From Dickeya solani IPO 2222 (GTDB lineage: Bacteria; Pseudomonadota; Gammaproteobacteria; Enterobacterales; Enterobacteriaceae), in NCBI RefSeq assembly GCF_001644705.1, contig NZ_CP015137.1, forward strand, positions 690,001 to 722,000: a DNA stretch of 32,000 bases, read 5' to 3'. The position numbers and the translations under genes are program-made. Under the pieces are notes generated by a model, which had not been told where the DNA came from, did not search any database, and saw only the letters and a program-made list of their open reading frames with translations. Of the stretch, positions 28,469-32,000 are shown piece by piece; position 1 is the stretch's first letter, and each line of letters starts with the position of its first letter.

Positions 28469-29872
28469 ATGACCAATCAGCCCGCCGCCGTGCGCTGGCA
28501 GTTGTGGATTGTGGCCTTCGGCTTTTTTATGCAAGCGCTGGACACGACCATCGTCAACACCGCCCTGCCCTCTATGGCGATCAGCCTGAATGAAAGCCCG
28601 CTGCGCATGCATGCCGTGATCGTGTCCTATGTGCTGACGGTGGCGATGATGCTGCCCGCCAGCGGCTGGCTGGCGGACCGGCTTGGCGTGCGGAACGTCT
28701 TCTTTTCCGCCATCGTCCTGTTCAGCCTCGGTTCGCTGCTGTGCGCCCGCTCCACCACCCTGAATGAACTGCTGTTTTCCCGCATGCTTCAGGGCATCGG
28801 CGGCGCAATGATGGTGCCGATCGGCCGGTTGACGGTGATGAAACTGGTGCCGCGCGATCAGTACATGGCGGCGATGACCTTCGTCACGCTGCCGGGGCAG
28901 ATTGGCCCGCTGATGGGGCCGACGCTCGGCGGTTTTCTGGTGCAGTACGCCAGCTGGCACTGGATTTTCCTGATCAACCTTCCGGTGGGCCTGATCGGCG
29001 CCCTCGCCACCTGGTGGCTGATGCCCAATTTCACCATGCCGTCGCGCCGCTTCGACCTGCGCGGCTTTGTCTTTCTGGTCATTGCGATGGGCACCCTGAC
29101 GCTGGCGCTGGACGGGCAGAAAAGCCTCGGTTTGTCGGTGCCGGCGTTGAGCGCGCTGGTGTTGACCGGCATACTGGCGCTGCTGGGGTACTGGCTGCAC
29201 GCCAGAAACAACGAACAGTCGCTGTTCAACCTGCGTCTGTTCAACACCCGCAGTTTTACCATTGGGCTGTTCGGCGGCTGGCTGGCGCGCATCGGCAACG
29301 GCATGCTGCCGTTCATAACCCCGGTGTTTCTGCAAATCGGGCTGGGATACACACCGTTTCACGCCGGCATGATGATGATTCCGCTGGTGCTGGGTAACAT
29401 GGGGATGAAACGGCTGGTGGTGATTATCGTTAACCGGTTCGGCTACCGCGCGGTACTGATCGCCTCCACCCTGGCACTGGCGCTGGCCACCCTGTTGTTT
29501 GCGCTGGTGGCGCTGATGAACTGGTACTGGATGATGCCGGTGGTGTTGTTTTTGGTGGGCATGGTGAACGGTATTCGCTTTTCCACCATGAACACCCTGA
29601 CGCTCAAGGACCTGCCGGACGATCTGGCCAGCGGCGGCAACAGCCTGCTGTCGATGTCGATGCAGTTATCCACCAGTATGGGGGTGACCATCGCCGGCCT
29701 GCTGTTGGGCATTTTCGCCAACCAGCATCTGGTGAGCGGTGCGCCGGAAACCCACACCGTTTTCCTGTATACCTACCTCTGCATGGTGGTGGTGATGGCG
29801 TTCCCGGCGCTGATTTTCAACCGGGTGCCGACCGATACCGTTCAACAGGCGACGCTGACGCGTTCTTCATGA
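28469..29872 (+). CDS. mdtD: MFS transporter MdtD
   Basis: ...[29 protein letters not shown]...[16 protein letters not shown]... is a 14-TM MFS protein collinear with E. coli MdtD. Confidence 0.94.
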   Translation: MTNQPAAVRWQLWIVAFGFFMQALDTTIVNTALPSMAISLNESPLRMHAVIVSYVLTVAMMLPASGWLADRLGVRNVFFSAIVLFSLGSLLCARSTTLNELLFSRMLQGIGGAMMVPIGRLTVMKLVPRDQYMAAMTFVTLPGQIGPLMGPTLGGFLVQYASWHWIFLINLPVGLIGALATWWLMPNFTMPSRRFDLRGFVFLVIAMGTLTLALDGQKSLGLSVPALSALVLTGILALLGYWLHARNNEQSLFNLRLFNTRSFTIGLFGGWLARIGNGMLPFITPVFLQIGLGYTPFHAGMMMIPLVLGNMGMKRLVVIIVNRFGYRAVLIASTLALALATLLFALVALMNWYWMMPVVLFLVGMVNGIRFSTMNTLTLKDLPDDLASGGNSLLSMSMQLSTSMGVTIAGLLLGIFANQHLVSGAPETHTVFLYTYLCMVVVMAFPALIFNRVPTDTVQQATLTRSS

Positions 29873-29877
29873 GGTGA

Positions 29878-31239
29878 ATGATGAGATTCGGCATTACCGC
29901 CAGACTGTTTCTGGCGATTTTTTCCACCTGTATGCTGGTGCTGGTCATCATGCACTTTGGCGTCCGGCTCAGCTTCGAGAAAGGGTTTATCGACTACATC
30001 CGCCGCGGCAACGAACAGCGGGTGGTGCAAATTCGCGGGTGGCTGGAAGAGCAGTACCAGCAGTACGGCAACTGGGATTTTCTGCACAATAACGAGCGCG
30101 GCATTTTCCCCATGCTTCGGTCGATGGAACAGAACAATGACGAGGCGATGCAGGGCTGGCGCACCCGGTTTTGGATCATGGATGAGAACCGCCGCCGGCT
30201 GATCGGCCCGCCGATTTCGATACCCGCCGGCAGCAGTTGGCAACCGCTGACCGTGAAAAAACAGACCGTCGGCTGGCTGGTGGCCGCGCCGGTGGAAGGG
30301 CTGACCCGCAGCGCCGATATCAGCTTCGACCGCCAACAACAGCGCACCAGTTGGCTGATTGTCGCCTTCACCACCCTGCTGGCCGCGATGGTGACCTGGA
30401 TGATGTCGCGCGGCCTGCTGGCGCCGGTCAAACGGCTGGTCAACGGCATCCACCAACTGGCGGGCGGGGATTTCGGCACCCGGGTTTCCGCCAACGGACG
30501 CGACGAGCTGGGGCGTCTGGCGCAGGATTTTAACCAATTGGCCTCAGCGCTGGAGAAAAACGAGCAGTCGCGCCGCGCGTTTATGGCGGATATTTCGCAC
30601 GAGCTGCGCACCCCGCTGGCGGTGCTGCGCGGCGAACTGGAAGCATTGCAGGACGGCGTGCGCCGTCCGGACGCCGCGGCGTTCAGCTCGCTGCAGGCGG
30701 AAGTGGCGCTGCTGACCAAACTGGTGGACGACCTGCACCAACTGTCGCTGTCCGATCTGGGCGCGCTGGCTTACCGCAAGGCCGCCGTCAACGCCAGCGC
30801 CTTATTACAGGTGTCGGTGGCGGCGTTCAGGGAACGTTTCCAGCAAAAAGGCATCCGACTTACCACCCGCCTTCACCCCGAGGCAATCGTGTTTGGCGAC
30901 CCCGACCGCCTGAATCAGCTGTTCAACAACCTGATGGAAAACAGCCTGCGTTATACTGATAATCAGGGCCAACTGGAGGTGGAAACCGAACTGCACCAGC
31001 AACGGTTGATTATCCACTGGCGCGACAGCGACCCCGGCATCAGCGATGAACAGCTGGCGCTGATCTTCGAGCGCTTCTACCGCGCGGAAAGCTCACGCAA
31101 CCGCGCCAGCGGCGGCTCGGGGCTGGGGTTGTCCATTTGCGCCAATATCGTTGAGGCGCACGATGGACGCCTGTATGCTGATCATTCCGCGCTCGGCGGC
31201 GTGCAAATCACCGTCGAGCTTCCGTTGCACCTATCCTGA
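29878..31239 (+). CDS. baeS: envelope-stress sensor histidine kinase BaeS
   Basis: Two TM segments, a HAMP domain, an H-box [19 protein letters not shown], and N/G boxes ([23 protein letters not shown]). Tandem ATGs sit at 29878 and 29881; 29881 is better spaced from SD gagg. Confidence 0.93.
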   Translation: MMRFGITARLFLAIFSTCMLVLVIMHFGVRLSFEKGFIDYIRRGNEQRVVQIRGWLEEQYQQYGNWDFLHNNERGIFPMLRSMEQNNDEAMQGWRTRFWIMDENRRRLIGPPISIPAGSSWQPLTVKKQTVGWLVAAPVEGLTRSADISFDRQQQRTSWLIVAFTTLLAAMVTWMMSRGLLAPVKRLVNGIHQLAGGDFGTRVSANGRDELGRLAQDFNQLASALEKNEQSRRAFMADISHELRTPLAVLRGELEALQDGVRRPDAAAFSSLQAEVALLTKLVDDLHQLSLSDLGALAYRKAAVNASALLQVSVAAFRERFQQKGIRLTTRLHPEAIVFGDPDRLNQLFNNLMENSLRYTDNQGQLEVETELHQQRLIIHWRDSDPGISDEQLALIFERFYRAESSRNRASGGSGLGLSICANIVEAHDGRLYADHSALGGVQITVELPLHLS

Positions 31240-31255
31240 TAGGCAGGTAACCGAC

Positions 31256-31987
31256 ATGACAGCATCGTCTCCTGCAACGGCTGGTGATGAAAACCTGCCG
31301 GTGCTGATTGTTGAAGATGAGCCCAAACTGGCCCAGTTGCTGGTGGATTACCTGCATTCGGCGGGTTATCGCACCCACTGGCTGACGCAGGGTGAAGAGG
31401 TCGAACCCTGGGTGCGGGAACATCACTGCCAGCTCATCCTGCTGGACCTGATGCTGCCGGGCCGCGACGGCCTGACGCTCTGCCGCGCCATTCGTGGTTT
31501 TTCCAACGTGCCGATCATTATGGTGACCGCCCGCACCGACGAAATCGACCGGTTGCTGGGGCTGGAAATCGGCGCCGATGACTACATCTGCAAGCCCTAT
31601 AGCCCACGCGAAGTGGTCGCCCGGGTGAAAACCCTGCTGCGCCGCTGCCGCTGGCAACATGAACCGCTACCGGGCGATGCGCTGCCCGCGCTGCTAATAG
31701 ACCAAAACCGTTATCAGGCCAGCTACCTCGGCCGCCATCTGGAGTTGACGCCCGCCGAATTTCGGCTGCTGAAAACCCTCTCCGCCGAACCGGAGCGGGT
31801 GTTTTCGCGCGAACAGTTGCTCGACCATCTGTATGACGACTACCGGGTGGTGACCGACCGTACCATCGACAGCCACATCAAGAACCTGCGCCGCAAGCTG
31901 GAAATGTTTGACCGGGAAACGTCGTTTATCCGTACGGTGTACGGCATCGGTTACCGCTGGGAAGCGGCCGCCAGCCAGGAAATGTAG
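31256..31987 (+). CDS. baeR: OmpR-family response regulator BaeR
   Basis: From ATG 31256: ...[20 protein letters not shown]...[14 protein letters not shown]...[19 protein letters not shown]... plus a winged-helix C-terminus (...YGIGYRWE). The ORF-track start at 31151 overlaps baeS. Confidence 0.94.
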   Translation: MTASSPATAGDENLPVLIVEDEPKLAQLLVDYLHSAGYRTHWLTQGEEVEPWVREHHCQLILLDLMLPGRDGLTLCRAIRGFSNVPIIMVTARTDEIDRLLGLEIGADDYICKPYSPREVVARVKTLLRRCRWQHEPLPGDALPALLIDQNRYQASYLGRHLELTPAEFRLLKTLSAEPERVFSREQLLDHLYDDYRVVTDRTIDSHIKNLRRKLEMFDRETSFIRTVYGIGYRWEAAASQEM

Positions 31988-32000
31988 GCGACTCCGCCTT

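Noticed and set aside
27575-29362. A 595-aa ORF on the minus strand spanning the mdtC 3' end and most of mdtD.
   Set aside because: It lies antisense to two confidently identified transporter genes. Its translation is an Arg/Gln/His/Gly/Ala-rich low-complexity string with no motifs, which is the typical stop-codon-poor antisense frame of GC-rich coding DNA.
5522-31346. Chi (GCTGGTGG) orientation skew. By eye I count 9 sites on the + strand (5522, 11621, 23306, 24776, 28075, 29413, 29503, 30276, 31339) and 2 on the - strand (10887, 11948), which might suggest that + is the leading strand.
   Set aside because: Seven of the nine lie in + strand membrane-protein genes, where Leu-Val codon pairs (CTG GTG G) generate the octamer. 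The syntenic half of the window is balanced at 2:2. The skew is too confounded, and an eyeball count too unreliable, to support an inference.

Overview
The window is chromosomal DNA from an Enterobacterales genome. By eye it is roughly mid-50s %GC, and gene content suggests a Pectobacteriaceae (Dickeya/Brenneria)-like organism; that guess is low confidence. All gene calls come from reading the ORF translations and recalling E. coli homologues; no searches were run.

Gene order:
- ppk (3' part), ppx, then five small genes: yfgG-like membrane peptide, ybiI-like DksA/TraR zinc finger, UspG/F-type universal stress protein, DUF4186 protein, and an isochorismatase-family cysteine hydrolase.
- tRNA-Ser(UGA) serT, followed by a block collinear with E. 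coli K-12 b0970-b0957: yccA, tusE, yccX, hspQ, yccU, yccT, mgsA, helD, yccF, yccS, sxy/tfoX, sulA, ompA. rlmI is missing from its expected slot in this block.
- Synteny ends at the ompA terminator. A ~1.4 kb AT-rich, ORF-poor spacer follows and contains a long-variant ERIC/IRU repeat.
- After the spacer come an aldo-keto reductase, nupC and a complete mdtABCD-baeSR efflux/two-component operon.

Regulatory sites readable in the sequence are a near-consensus LexA box at sulA, a near-consensus sigma32 promoter at hspQ, the conserved ompA promoter and 5' UTR, a stringent-type serT promoter, a BaeR-box-like direct repeat at mdtA, and several rho-independent terminators.

I see no integrase, transposase, CRISPR array, toxin-antitoxin pair or defence operon, and no convincing novel multi-gene system. 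The best candidates for something undescribed are the 16.9-18.3 kb spacer (small overlapping ORFs, palindromes, structured ERIC insert) and the small-gene junction between ppx and serT. Both need transcriptomic and comparative data.
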